DNA of 64,000 bases from Mobula hypostoma. Its lineage: Eukaryota. Positions 49,407 through 62,111 of the stretch are shown here, in pieces. Below the pieces are notes generated by a model. That model had not been told where the DNA came from. It searched no databases and worked only from the letters and a program-made list of their open reading frames with translations. The position numbers were made by a program, and so were the translations under genes. Location of the stretch: assembly GCF_963921235.1 (NCBI RefSeq), contig NC_086108.1:41542001-41606000 (forward strand), written 5' to 3'. Position 1 is the first letter of the stretch, and each line of letters starts with the position of its first letter.

Positions 49407-52400
49407 CATTGGATCCATAGTTTAAAACACAAGACGTCAGTTGGTGCCTGATATTCAACGAAAGAACAGTGAATTGCAACAAGTCCCATTGCAGCCACTT
49501 TACAGGTATTCAGTTATTTTTGTAACATATCCTGCTTGACTGTTACACAATGAAAAATATGTTCCCTGTAAAAGATAAACAGGATATATATTTTAATATC
49601 AGTGGTTGGCGAAATATTAGGTGGATCAGGGTGAATCTTATCGAGCCTAATTTCAATCACTGAAGAGCTGGTTTGGGGAGGGGGTGGAGGGAGCTGAAGG
49701 TAAACTAAAAGAGTTGCCAGAGAATGGAAGAGGTTGAAGAAGCTGGGTGGGTGAGGAAGGACTATGAGTGCAGGATCTGAGAGGTAACAGAAATGAAGGT
49801 GGAAAATCACCTCTGCAAAGAATTGCACAAGATTCTATCACAATTTATCGGAGTATTTCTTCCCCTTCTGGATGTTTGGATTTTTTACAGAATAGATGCA
49901 GACGTGAACTCTCTTGATTTGATTTCACAATCTTTCTAATATACAAAAATTATCAGAAGCTCCAGTCATTTCCAGATCCAGGATATATCCTAACCTCTGT
50001 TACTTCCCTTTGACCCCTTGTTGACTCCTGTATTGCCTGTTCAATAGCTATCTGCTTTTATAGAGCAGAAAGCAACACACAAGAGACTCCAAACATATTG
50101 GATGTAGGAAGTAAGCTCCCCTCATGCTATTCCCAATACCTTTGTTTTAATAATAATGCACTTTCTTCATGTTTTGGTTATTGAAATGATATATTTAAAC
50201 CATAATTATACCTAAAATATAATATTTTCTTTCTACTTAACATTTATGGCTTATGTTCTTGAAAGTGTTTAAAATTGAACACTTCAGTGGAACTTGATGT
50301 GCATACAGTACGTCAGCACAACTAGTAGCAGACATTTTGCACGTGTGTAGCATTGGTGATCCATGTGAAATATCCTTCTCACTACTGGCTGCCTGATAGA
50401 GTGCAGATTTCATCAACTTCAATGGAAGGCTGAAATCACAGCTTCAGATATGAACATATTTACTAAAATCCCAGTGTTGGCAAACGTTTTCAAGTCACAT
50501 TTGTCAAGTGTTGTTCAGAGGTCATAAACAGGACAAAGTTCTGGCACCTGAATGAAATGAAGTTAGTTCAGGGATGCAATGTGATTGTAAGTATTTTAAG
50601 TTCAGGTCATAGCACGCTGGAGATTTGACCAGGCAGTTGTGAAGCTCAGTTTTATGGATGATGTGATTTCTGCCTTGACTGTGCAAGGATTCAAGCCCTT
50701 GCTGTGAAATACCACTTTAGAGGAGCTTCTGATTTTAAGCAGGCCTACCTGACTGTGGTCAGTCCCCAATACCAACTCTTAATCCTGCCTGGAAATTATT
50801 ACCTTTTGGCTGATACTCCCAGTCAAAACGGTTGTTTCTTTCCCATTCCACACCCCTCCCATTCCCAACTGGGCCCTGATGTGAGAACATCCTCAATCCC
50901 CAGGCCCCAGTTAGATTTTTAATTCCCCTCCCCCAACATGCCTAATTCTTGACCTTAGACTTGTTCTCCATTGTGACGTGCGATTTCCCAGATGTGCAAT
51001 GTGTGAGATACAACTCTGTAAGGACCATTAGTAGTGCAGAAACCTCAGTCTTTGGTTGCAGCTGAAATTCACTGCAGTGGACCCACAACCAAGACATCCC
51101 ATGGCATTGGCCTACACCAAGCTGAAACCTACAGTCTAAAGGGTCTCAGAATGCCCAGAATGCAGGATGTAGGTGAATAAGGCCAAGTGATCACAAGAGC
51201 AGTTGGGCAGACTGCTGATTCAAGCTGTACATTGGCGAAGAGCAGTCAGAGTTAGAGTCTCTTTGCCGAAGGGAAGCACAGAGTCCATGCAACACTTTCA
51301 GTGGCTGGGGAATAACTGGTGCACGTGCTGATAAACAGCATATCGTGGATGTTAATGAGCTGGATTGTTGGCATGTTTTGGTAATGGTGAGACATAGAAA
51401 AATTGAATCATATGTGAAGGATGTGCTTAAACACACCAGTCCAGAAATTTTTTCAGGTGTCTTAAAAAAATCGCACTAGCGGTGTTGCTTCTTGGTGACT
51501 GATTGGTAAGTACATCCTGACCTTCTGTGAGGATGATCTGTAGCACTAGAGGTTTTTATCCAGCACAGAACTGCCCTCAAATGATGACAATGCTAATGCA
51601 AAGCCGAACATACACCTACCTATTTGTAGATCAGCCGATTTTTACTAACCCAATTCTTTCTGAAAGTGTTCTAAATAAAGGGCCAGTGTTCAAATGGGAT
51701 CCCTTGCCCCACCCTGATGTGGCTTTCTGCACCTGCTCGGCAGACTACAGAAGAGCGGCTGCACATGAGTGCCCAGGTTGCATGGCCCACGGAGGTCGGG
51801 GGTCATAGGCACTGCCGACTTGCTGGCCTCATTATTGTTCCAGGCTGCTGCTGCCACATCTCTCTGTCCTCCACTTCCTGCTAAGTGGGAGACGTTAACT
51901 CAATGGTATGCTCAAAGACAAAAGATTTTGCCTACATCTTTGTCAGCCCACAGGAAAAGGCAGTGCAAGGACAAAGTGTTGATGGAGTTACAGAGTTCTC
52001 CAAAAGGTGGCATTCATTTCCTTCAGTTCTGTGCTGTTAATGTGTATCTCTCCGGCAACCTGAGAAAGAATATGGTTCCTCCTGATCCTCTTCCCTGTTG
52101 GCCTGTTCAGATCCCACAATGTCCTTAGGAGCCTTCTCCCTTGATTCTCCCATCTTTGCAGGATCCTTTCTTTCAGAAGAGACACTTCAGTGCTGCTTGT
52201 ATTGTAGATACTAGCTTTTAGAGCTAGTTACTGAGGTTGCTGCTTCAAGATAAAGTATCAGTGGCTGTGAGATTTAGCAATAGGTCATAGATTACTGTAT
52301 TGCACTGAAACTGATACAGTGCAGCATTACGTAGAAAAACCCTGTTCTGGGAATTTTGCAGTTGAAGGTGGGAGCTTCGTTGGAGTATTACAAACCATCG

Positions 52401-52439
52401 CTGTGCTGCACAGCCCTGTTTTAATGCTGTTACATAATG

Positions 52440-53560
52440 TAGGACAGCACGATCATGTAACAATTAGCATAATACTTCACAGTGCTGGCAGTCGCTAGTT
52501 CAGAGTTCAATTCCCACTGCTGTCTGTAAAGAAATTGTACGTTCTCCTCATGACCACATTGGCTTCCTCGAGTTCCCTCCCCCGTTCCAAAGAAGTACGG
52601 GTTCAGGATAGTAAGTTGTGGACATGCTATTTGGTGCCGGAAGCATGGCAACACTTGCGGGCTGCCCCAGCACGTCCTCAGATTGTGTTGATTGTTGATG
52701 CAAACAGCGTACAGTCGGCCCTCCTTATCCGCGAGGAATTGGCTCCGAGACCACCCGCGGATACCAAAAAACGTGGATGCTCAAGTCCCTTATTTAACCT
52801 GTCTCAGTGCAGGTGGACTTTAGGACCTGGAGTAGCTCCGGACCTTATTTAACCTGTCACGGTGCCAGTGGACTTTAGGACCCAGGGCAGCACAGGACCC
52901 ACCACCCACATTGTTTCTGTTCCGTTGACTTATAATACCTAATAGAATGTAAATGCTGTGTAAATAGTTGTATTGTTTAGGGACTAATGACAAGGGAAAA
53001 AAGTCTGTACATGTTCAGTACAGACGCAACCATCGTAGCTCTTCTGGGAACGCTGATGCTGCCTCAGCATCAGCCGATCCCGATTCTCCCGTGATCTTTA
53101 TGTTCTTGAGGCTGTAGCGCTTTACATAGCTAGCCAGCCATCCCTAGCACTAACACGTCCACGAATTTCAGCTTCATTCTGCTTTATTGTGCGAATGCTG
53201 GATTTGTTCTTACCAAGCTTACGGCCCACTTCAGAATGCGACATGCCACTTTTCAAAAGATCTAATATTACTAATTTCTCAGCGAGAGGTAGCACTCTAC
53301 GCTCCCTCTGAGCCTTTGGGGAATTGCTTTGACCACGTAATTGCTTTTTAGGAGCCATTTTTTCACAGAAACAAAGTAGCGAACGAATGAGACGCGAGGC
53401 GAACAATGCTCGAACAACGAGTGCTGGAGAGAGAACTTCCGGGTTTTCCCGATTCACGGTTGGTTGACTTCGCGCATTCAGAACTCATGGATAAGGAGGG
53501 CCGACTATTTCACTAAATCTTTTGATGTTTCCATGTACATGTGACAAATGAAGCTAATTT
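52440..53560 (+). mobile_element. V-SINE-like element interrupted by a Tigger element
   Basis: gagttcaattcccactgctgtctgtaaagaaattgtacgttctcctcatgacc (B box + V domain); tail catgtacatgtgacaaatgaagctaat resumes after ~53507; same family as 35600-35920. Confidence 0.82.
52712..53506 (-). mobile_element. Tigger/pogo-family internally deleted DNA transposon with CENP-B-type HTH_psq ORF remnant (53122-53358)
   Basis: TIR cagtcggccctccttatcc / ggataaggagggccgact; TA at 52710-52711; MAPKKQ...RRVLPLAEKLVILDLLKSGMSHSEVGRKLGKNKSSIRTIKQNEAEIR; internal ~55-bp tandem duplication 52790-52891. Confidence 0.92.
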
Positions 53561-53657
53561 TGTAAAAATATTCGGGAAAACAACTTCTAGAAATGTAATG
53601 TGGAAAGAGTGATCCACTTTATAAATGATCAGTGGGGTGGGAGCCTGCAAATTATAT

Positions 53658-54650
53658 ACTCCTCCTTTGTTGGTGTCCTCTAAGGATCAAGGATGACTTC
53701 CTTCCAGTCCAGTCTTGAGTTGGCTGTTGAGGCCAATGTGGAACAGATGGCACAGGAAGAGTGGTCAGATAAGTAAATTGTGACCTGGTGCATCCTTTTC
53801 CACTACTAATGCAAATGATCCATGTGCTCGTCACACATGTATCCAGGTTTTTGATACCATCCCAAATGGCTCTTCTATGCCTTGAATGGTCATGGTCCAG
53901 AGATTTCCCAGGGGTCAGTTGGGATTTTGTGTTGCAGCAAGGAAGCTTTAAACCCCTTCTTGAATCTTTTCCTCTTCATGGACAGACTTTCCTACAGCAG
54001 GGCTCAGAGCCATGGTTGGTTTCGAGTCTGGTGATGAGTATTTAAACAAACTGGCCAGCCAAGTAGACAACTGAGTACAACTAGGGCCTCAATACTAAGG
54101 GATGTTGGTTTGCTTATCCTCATGATTTTGGTGGATATTGCTGATGTGGTGTTACTGGTACCATTCCAGTGCCTTGGGTATCTGTGGTAGGCAGTTCAGC
54201 TCTCAGAAACATTTTGGAAGGCAGGGATCACTGTTGGCTGATAAACCATGAGTTATGTGCCAAACTTTGATAGACTAAAGGCTATGCTGGCAAATTGACA
54301 GCAATGGTAAATTTCATTATGGATATCGGGCTTTGCCAAGAAATGGTACTCGCAATTTGGTCCATTTACCTAGTTTTTCATTGTAAGGCCTTTTGTCTCC
54401 TATGCTTCATTGAGTAGGGCCGGGTAGGGACTTGGGATCCAAACGTGCTTGAACACAAGCATCACCAGTACATTGCAGCTCAGCGACGAAGACTGAGCTG
54501 ACTTTGTTCATGGAGTGTGCTTGCTCTAGTTATAACTATTTCCCAGTTATTCTCAAGAACTGTTGCACTCCCACATAAGGTTTGTTTGAGGTGAGCGAAA
54601 TGTTGATTTGATTAACATCAGTCTTTGTTGAGATTGGCTCTGTTTTAAAC
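53658..54650 (-). mobile_element. Old RTE-clade LINE fragment
   Basis: Antisense LMVYQPTVIPA (KLMVYRAxVIP-like motif) at ~54220-54252 and an RTE-like 3' end near 53660-53700; very decayed. Confidence 0.55.
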
Positions 54651-56799
54651 CTGTTGGTTAATTTTGTGATTTGCACATCATCATGATTCTAATGAAGTTC
54701 AGAGACAAGGAGGGTTTTAGTTAAGATTTTAGTGAGATTAACAAAGGTTTTATAGTGAGATTAACATGGTGCTACTCCCTCCATTTCTGTTAGAGCTGCA
54801 CATGGTGAGTGAGTCAACTGTGCCTCTATATATGGTTGAGGAGGACTTTAAAGTGTTCCTTCCAATGGCTATTAATGTCGTGGTCAGTTCATCTGTTCTT
54901 TGTTCTTGTTGGGCATTTTGGTTCTTGAATACAATTGATGATGCAGCATCAGCCAAGAAAAAATAATAGATTACAAAAACATATCAAATAAATGTATGTA
55001 TTGAAAGTGATATTAATAATAATATTTAATAAGGTACATGTGGGAACAACTGAATATGTCATAATATATTACTCTTGTTTTGTACACTCCTATATGCATA
55101 ATGATGCAATTTTGTATCTACATACTATTTTATGCTTCCAATATAATTGTTCAGTTATTCATCATTAATGTAAATAATGAGAACACCTAGACATTCACCA
55201 GGAATATTAAGATCCAGTAATTAGGGGTTAAAATAGATATTTGGTATGATTTCACTATTAAGGCAATTAAAAATAAGAAAAGGCTGCAGAGGGAATGAAT
55301 GCTTCTCAGTTTTGTTTTCAGAATCCTGCAGCTCAACTTGATGTCATAACACGTGCCCCATAATGTGTGAAATGCTGCAACAGATGCATATTCATCAAAT
55401 TTTTAGTCTTTGGATTCCTAGCCACTGATGTTCTAATGAAATTAGTTGTGTGATGACATTGAAATTATTCAATCTTGATGCATTTAGTCAGAGTTGCTGA
55501 GTATGAAGTTGGTGCTGGTCCTGGAAAGTTAGGTTTGCTTGAAAAGGTTGGCTGTCATTAAAGCTCTATAAGTCACTGCAATGTTCTGAGCGGGTCAATT
55601 TAACTAATAGCATGGCACAGACCAGAAAGGCTGAATGGCCTGTCTCTGTGCTGTACTGCTGTATGAGGCTATGACTCTATAAGAGTTTCTGATAGCACTT
55701 TTAGAAAAAAAATTCAAGAGCACAGTATTTCTCTTTTATTCCTAAAGCACTTTGAACAACTGCTCAGTTTAAATTATTATTAGGGCTATTAGTTAATGAA
55801 TAAATAATTGTAATCTACCAGTCCCAATTATTGATTATAAAATAGAACAATGTGCAAGAGGCTTTATCAAAGAATTTCCTTGTTTTATGTACTTTGGAAT
55901 CAAGGAACGCTTGTTTTAAAGTAGAATCCAGTATTTTAAATATTTGTGGTTTAATGTACCATCTACGGTAGCTTATTCACTTGTATGTTTGCTGCATTGG
56001 TCAGATCATGGCAAGTATTCATCCTCTTACCGAAGGAGCAGGTTGCTGTGGCATGATTGGTGTAGAGAAAGAAACTAAAATCTGACAATATTATGCTTGC
56101 CATTAACCTCAAGACAGCCCGGGTTTTTGCTTTGTAGTCCATTGAGAATTTTTGTATTGTGGTCGCTAATATAGTGGACCCAACCATGGCAGAGTAGTGA
56201 ATGTTGACTTTATGCAATCGGCTTTACTTCCCATTTTCCAGAATCAGCTTCCATTTGTACTTCAGCTGAGAGCTCATTGAGCACTTTAGAATATATTAGC
56301 AAGATGTAAATGTCAAATATCCCTCACCACAAAATTGTGCTCTTCTTCTTGAATATGAAAGACACTCAACCACTTTAAACATCAGGGCACTGATAGTTTT
56401 CCTTCATTATTGTTCAAACTGTTAACCTTGAATTAACTGGTGCTTTCTGTAGTATGCTGATCCGAGGGAATATGTGCCCTCATGAGTTAAAATCCTTGGG
56501 TATGTACAAATGTGTTAAATCAATCTATAATCCAAGATGTAAAACCATGAGCAAAGATGAGGTATGTGCATCAGCTGGCAACAAATTTTGTGCTCTTTGT
56601 GTAATTATATGGTGTTGTTTAGACCGCATATAGGCTGAATCTTAACTACCAACTCCATATAAATAGATCGACATGGAAGTGTGTAAACAATTTGGTTTGG
56701 TAATGCAAGAAAGAGGCTTTAGGGCTGATAATGCTGCATATAAAAGCCTGAAGACTTTCTTAAGCCAGTATATACAATGTGTAAACCAGCCCTCTACTG

Positions 56800-57300
56800 C
56801 CCTCGCAGTGCATTGTGTACGAAGCTAGGCAGGGAGTTAAACACCTTCTCAAAAAATTACCCAAGCCGGAATCTCTCTTCAGGGCTTTTAATGAGAAAAC
56901 TTTGTGAAAATGCAGGAAGTTAAGTAAAACACGTATTAAATTCAATATAGAGTCATCGTGTGCCTAAATATACTAATATTATCAATTATTCTCACAAACA
57001 GCGTTAAACACACACGCAACATTCTATAGCTATGACATTACCAGAGTGAACTCGTGGTACAACGATAGCTTAATAGCGATGAATGATAAACACATTATTT
57101 CCTTCAAAATCCATCTACTCATCTACGAAGTCCATTTACCAACATTAAGAAAGCTGAAAACTCACAGATATTGCCGTTTCAAAGATAAATAAAGAGTGGA
57201 TGGAGATGGATGTCTTTCTACCGTATTTGCTCGGAGCTGAAATCCGAAATAACTCACACAGGAAATGAGGTAAAAAAACAGCTTACAAATAGGAAGTGAT
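56800..57300. promoter_or_regulatory. Candidate CpG-retaining regulatory region
   Basis: 15 CpG in 56804-57246 by hand count versus 2-3 in similar-sized flanks; no repeat recognised; three AGGAAR ETS-type cores. Confidence 0.35.
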
Positions 57301-58217
57301 GTTTTTACAAAACAAAAAGTACCTCTAGAGGCAGAACAAGCCCAATAATTAATTTTAAAATTACAACAGTCACCCAACAAGGAATATTACAATTGAAGGT
57401 TCAGTATGAGCAACCCCATGGCCAGGCTTTTCCTCAGCCTCAGTCCTCTCCATTCCCATCATCTACTTGTCCTTGCTCAGGGGAACGTTAGCTGCATCAG
57501 GGGAGCAATCCTCATTGGCTAGAATCATCAGGAATTCCCATTTGTTGCTAGCCATGCAGCATGAATAAGGGAAAATGATTAAAGTAACTGAATCTGTACT
57601 TTTGATTGGGTTCATTCAATCTCGCTGCAGCAAACCCTGCCCTAAAGATCTGAATCCTAACCTGTAATTGTGATAGATGTGGCAACCTCACATATCATTT
57701 TAAAATGTCATAACACTCATGTTAACATCTGCTCAACACTGTTTTGTGCCATGTACCAGCGTTTGTGAAACTACCTGTGTCCCGAAACATCCTTACCAAA
57801 CCTGAGATTAATTGGGTTAAGGATATTAGGGGAGATGGCTGTGGATGCTAGAGATTAATTATTACAGCCACAGAGTATCACTGCAGGAAGATAAACCCAA
57901 ACAACTTTCAGCAGTTTCATCAATAATAATTCCTTCATCGTGAAGTCAGGAGTTGGGCTTTGAAACAACATGGAGTTTCATTCTCTTCACAACTCCTCTG
58001 ATAAGAAAAATGTTATTTTGGTCTACCAAAGAGTTCTGAGTAACATCTGAATGTGGGCTAAATTAAGAAAGAGTCCAACCATTTTCCTTAAAATTCTTAA
58101 TGGTACCATCCGGGTTGCATCCTGCAGGATCAACCACCTTAAATGAACTAGCATGTTAACTCTGCTGCTACAAGAACTGGAAAGAGACTGGGTATTCTGC
58201 AGTAACTCCTTGAAACC

Positions 58218-58452
58218 TGTGGTAAACCATATATATATATGTTGTAACTGGGTTACCTGTCTGGACACAGCCCTCTGCTGACTGCTCCTGTGGCTCCTCC
58301 CACAGACCCCTGAATGAAGGCGATTGTGCCACTGCTCCTCCCTCAGTCCAGGGGCAGACACTCAGCATGCTGGAGGTCACATTTTACTGCTAATAAAAGC
58401 CTTTCAGTATTTACTCTACTTCCAGTCTTTTGGAGTTATTGATAGTGCATCA
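58218..58452 (+). mobile_element. Solo LTR (235 bp, TG...CA) with 5-bp TSD AAACC
   Basis: TSD aaacc at 58213-58217 and 58453-58457; AATAAA at 58392-58397; ends gatagtgcatca. Confidence 0.85.
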
Positions 58453-59139
58453 AAACCTGTCCACAATCTACAAGACTTAATTCAGAATTGTCAGGAAATC
58501 GTAGGCTTAGAGCTCAAAGAATGAGATCACAAATGCAGCTAAGAAGCTCTTCACCACCTAGTGCAAGTAAATCGAAGGGCCTATTCCTGTGCTGGTCATT
58601 GTAGAACAAGCCATTTAATCAGTGCCAGTGTACTCAGTTCCTAGTCCATTTCTTACTGCGATATGAACAAAGTACAGGATGAACTGCAGCAACTCACCAA
58701 GGGACATTTCCATCCCTCGTTACTTGACCATTCAGGAAGGATTGAAATAAGGGCGATGGAAGAGCAGTGACTCTCTAAATCACACATCATGCTAATGTCA
58801 CCAAATGTTGTTGATCCCTCACTGGTAGGTCCACATGCATAAATTCCCTGCAGTGCAGTTTTCTGGAAGCACCATCAGCAGAAGGGCTCCAGCAGTTTAA
58901 AGAGAAGTCCCAGAGACAATTAGTTTCTCTTGGCAACTCAGCCAATAAAAACAGCTAAGGCGCACATCAATCATATCATAAGAATGTTTTTAAGAATGAC
59001 AGGAAGAGTAAATTTTATTGAGATTCTATGCGTTCAGTAACAGTCTATTACAATACATCATCATAGGAAATTGCCTCATTACTAACTATTGAGTGGTAAG
59101 TTCGATATACCTGATTAATTGAGAGATGTTTATTAATAG

Positions 59140-59800
59140 CCTAATATAAGTTGCTGGGAAAATGATGGAATCTATAGTTAAGAATATGATAACTCGGCAT
59201 TTAGGAAATCACAATATCATTTTTTTTCAGTATCTCTGTAGTTTCAGAGGAAGGAAGTAGAGCGTGCCAGATTTTGGTGGATGTAGCCATCAGTAAAGAT
59301 AAAAGAGAACCAAGACCGTCAGCATATTTGAATTATCAAAGGATGATTTTTCAAGTGCTTCTCGAGAGTGTATTGCATGGATTAAGCACTCATGAGCTTT
59401 AGGATAATGCATTAACATGGATGGGGTTAGAACATGCTGGAATGCGTGGAGGAACATTTATCAAATATGCTAAGAGGCTGAACCTAGAGCTACGTGGGCT
59501 AAAAAGCTGGGGCACCTCGTATTGAGATGGGAGCAAATTTTGGCGGTCTTCACCCCAGAATTCTATAGCTGTTCACGGAAAAAATTAAACTCCTCTGATC
59601 TCCTTTGGATTTCTCCCCTCTCAGCTTAAGCATGCCCTCTAGCTTAGAGTCTGGTGCCATGGGAAACAAACATTCTATCCATCTTATACACCCTTCATGA
59701 TTTTGTAATTCTCTACAAGTTCACTCCAGGCTTCTTAAGTTCCAATGAGAATAAACCCAACATATCCAATCTCTCCATATAATTACAGATCTCCATTCCA
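59140..59800. mobile_element. Two highly decayed CR1 fragments (plus ~59140-59520; minus ~59590-59800)
   Basis: gttgctgggaaaatgatggaatctatagttaag (VGKMLESII-like); antisense ttcatgattttgtaattctctacaagttcac...ccaatctctccatataa. Confidence 0.5.
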
Positions 59801-60184
59801 AAACCAGTTATCATCAAGCATATCCAAAAAATAGATCCATTGGTTTTAAAAATAAGGAAATCAAAGAATATATAGATTAGGTGCAAAGGTGGAGCTGGAG
59901 CTCTAGGTCAGACATGATATTGAACAGAGACAAGGCACATTGAATGTTTGACCTATCACAGCTTTTAATTTAAATTAATAAACTATTCTGTCACATCCAC
60001 AGATTCAGAAGGCTTGTAGGTGGAACAATCTAAATTTGTTATTATTTTGTAAGACTAAAGGATAAGAGAAAATCATTTGATTTTAGAAAAAGCAACAGCA
60101 TCAAATGCATTTAAAAAGTAAGCCAAAAGCTTTTTATTATTTTCACTAATATGATCTTTCTACTTCTGTTCTCACTAGTATGTG

Positions 60185-61045
60185 ACACAGGTAGCAATCC
60201 TGAGGTCAAAACCTGGAGGTCCTGTCCCTTTACTTAGAACCTAACTCCCTGAACTCACTTTACAGGAACTTGTCACCACTCCTACCCACGTCATTGCTAC
60301 CAATGTGGACTGCAACCTTTGGCTACCCCCCGCCCCCCAACTTAAGATGTCCCTGACACTGGCACGTGGGAAGCAACATACTATTCAGAAACCTCCTTCT
60401 CGTCCAGAGAACCTCCTTTCTGTTCCCCTAACCAATAACCTATTACTACAGCTCATTTCTTCTCCCCATTCCCTTCTGAGCCATAGAGCTTGACTCAATG
60501 CCAGTGACCTGACTACTATGGCTTCCCTCTGCTATGTCATCCCCCACCCTCAACAGTATCCAAAGCAGTATACCTGTTGTTGAGGGAATGCACTGCATTG
60601 GCTGCCTATACCCTTTCCCCCTCCTGACAGTCACCCAGTTACTGGAGTCCTGCACCTTAGGTGTAACAACTTCCCTGTGTGTCCTACCTATTAAACTGTC
60701 AGCTTCCCAAATGATCCAATGTTCATCCAGTTCTATGTCCAACTCCTTAACACAGTCTGTTAGAAGGTCAGCTGAATGCACTCCTTGCATGTGTCATTGT
60801 CCGGGACACTGGAAGTCTCTCTGCCTTCCCACATCCCACAACAGGAACATTCTACTATCCTATTTGGCATCCCTACTGCTCTAAATGTTCGATAAGAAAG
60901 AAAGAGAATAAGTAGCAAAAAAAAATCTACCTATAGCTTACGGCTCTTCTTATGCCAAAGCCTCAACTAACCACTCTAACACTGATCCACTCACACAATG
61001 GATGCTCCACTTAAACCTAACTTCTTTTCATTGGATCTTGCCAAG
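60185..61045 (-). mobile_element. CR1 LINE 5' UTR and ORF1 (Zn finger/leucine zipper + SGNH esterase) remnant
   Basis: ATG at 60870 gives MPNRIVECSCCGMWE...TCKECIQL then LTDCVKELDIELDE; SSNWVTVRRGKG; HIGSNDVGR (GxND block) near 60285-60310. Confidence 0.85.
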
Positions 61046-61065
61046 TGCCTAATTATGCACAACCC

Positions 61066-61345
61066 ACTGTCTCCTTGGGAACTGGTGTGCAAAATGTGCT
61101 GACTGTCCCCACTTGCTTCTTTAAATTCTCCCTCTCTCTCTAGGCAAAACAATGTCTCCTTGGGAACTTTGGCATGCAAAATGTGCTGATTGCCCCCACT
61201 CGCTCTTTTTAAACACTCTGTCCCTCTATCCAATCCAATGTCACTTCAGGAAATGTGTGCTGAAAATGTACCAACTGCTGTCGCTGGCTTCTTTTAAACT
61301 CTCTCTCCTTCTATACAATCCACTGTGGCATGCAAAATGTACGCT
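61066..61345. repeat. ~86-bp tandem repeat, about 3.3 diverged units
   Basis: Recurring tgtctccttgggaact...tgcaaaatgtgctga...ccact.gct..tttaaa at ~61068, ~61153, ~61238 and a partial copy at ~61324. Confidence 0.8.
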
Positions 61346-61479
61346 AATACAAAAATCTACACTTTATGCAAAAATTGATAAATAGTTTTCTGCCAGCGAA
61401 CATAGCAAATCCAATTAATATGGAGACGATTCAAAAGAAACGTCTGTGGCATACAGTTCTCAATAGAACTGATGATGTC

Positions 61480-61908
61480 AGTCATGAAAATAGGTGGAGC
61501 GAACTCGGCCTTTTCTCCTTGGAGCGACGGCGGATGAGAGGTGACCTGATAGAGGTGTATAAGATGATGAGAGGCATTGATCGTGTGGATAGTCAGAGAC
61601 TTTTTCCCAGGGCTGAAATGGCTAACACGAGCGGGCACAGTTTTAAGGTGTTTGGAAGTAGGTACAGAGGAGATATCAGGGGTAAGTTTTTTACGCGGAG
61701 AGTGGTGAGTGCGTGGAATGGGCTGCCATTAGTGGTGGTGGAGGCGGAAGTGATAGGGTCTTTTAAGAGACTCCTGGATAGGTACATGGAGCTTAGAAAA
61801 CTAGAAGGCTGTGGGTAAGCCTAGGCAGTTCTAAGGTAAGGACATGTTCGGCACAGCTTTGTGGGCCGAAGGGCCTGTATTGTGCTGTAGGTTTTCTATG
61901 TTCCTATC
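61480..61908 (+). mobile_element. CR1 LINE 3' end, relatively young
   Basis: ELGLFSLERRRMRGDLIEVYKMMRGIDRVD...RGKFFTRRVVSAWNGLP...FKRLLDRYM; 3' UTR gggccgaagggcctgtattgtgctgtag and ttctatg tail; CpGs retained. Confidence 0.95.
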
Positions 61909-62111
61909 TGAATGTCCACTGTCATTTCCACTGAGTTTCCATTTAACAGTCTATGTAGGTGTCACTCTGCCCAAGAGGTTACCTTTACTGATTCTCTAAC
62001 AAATAACGAATAGAAAACTGTACCATTTGGGATGCAAGACTGAAAGTAATTGAGTCTTCATAGTTGTTCAATAAAAGAAAGCTTGAGAATGCCAGTTGTC
62101 CACATATACTC

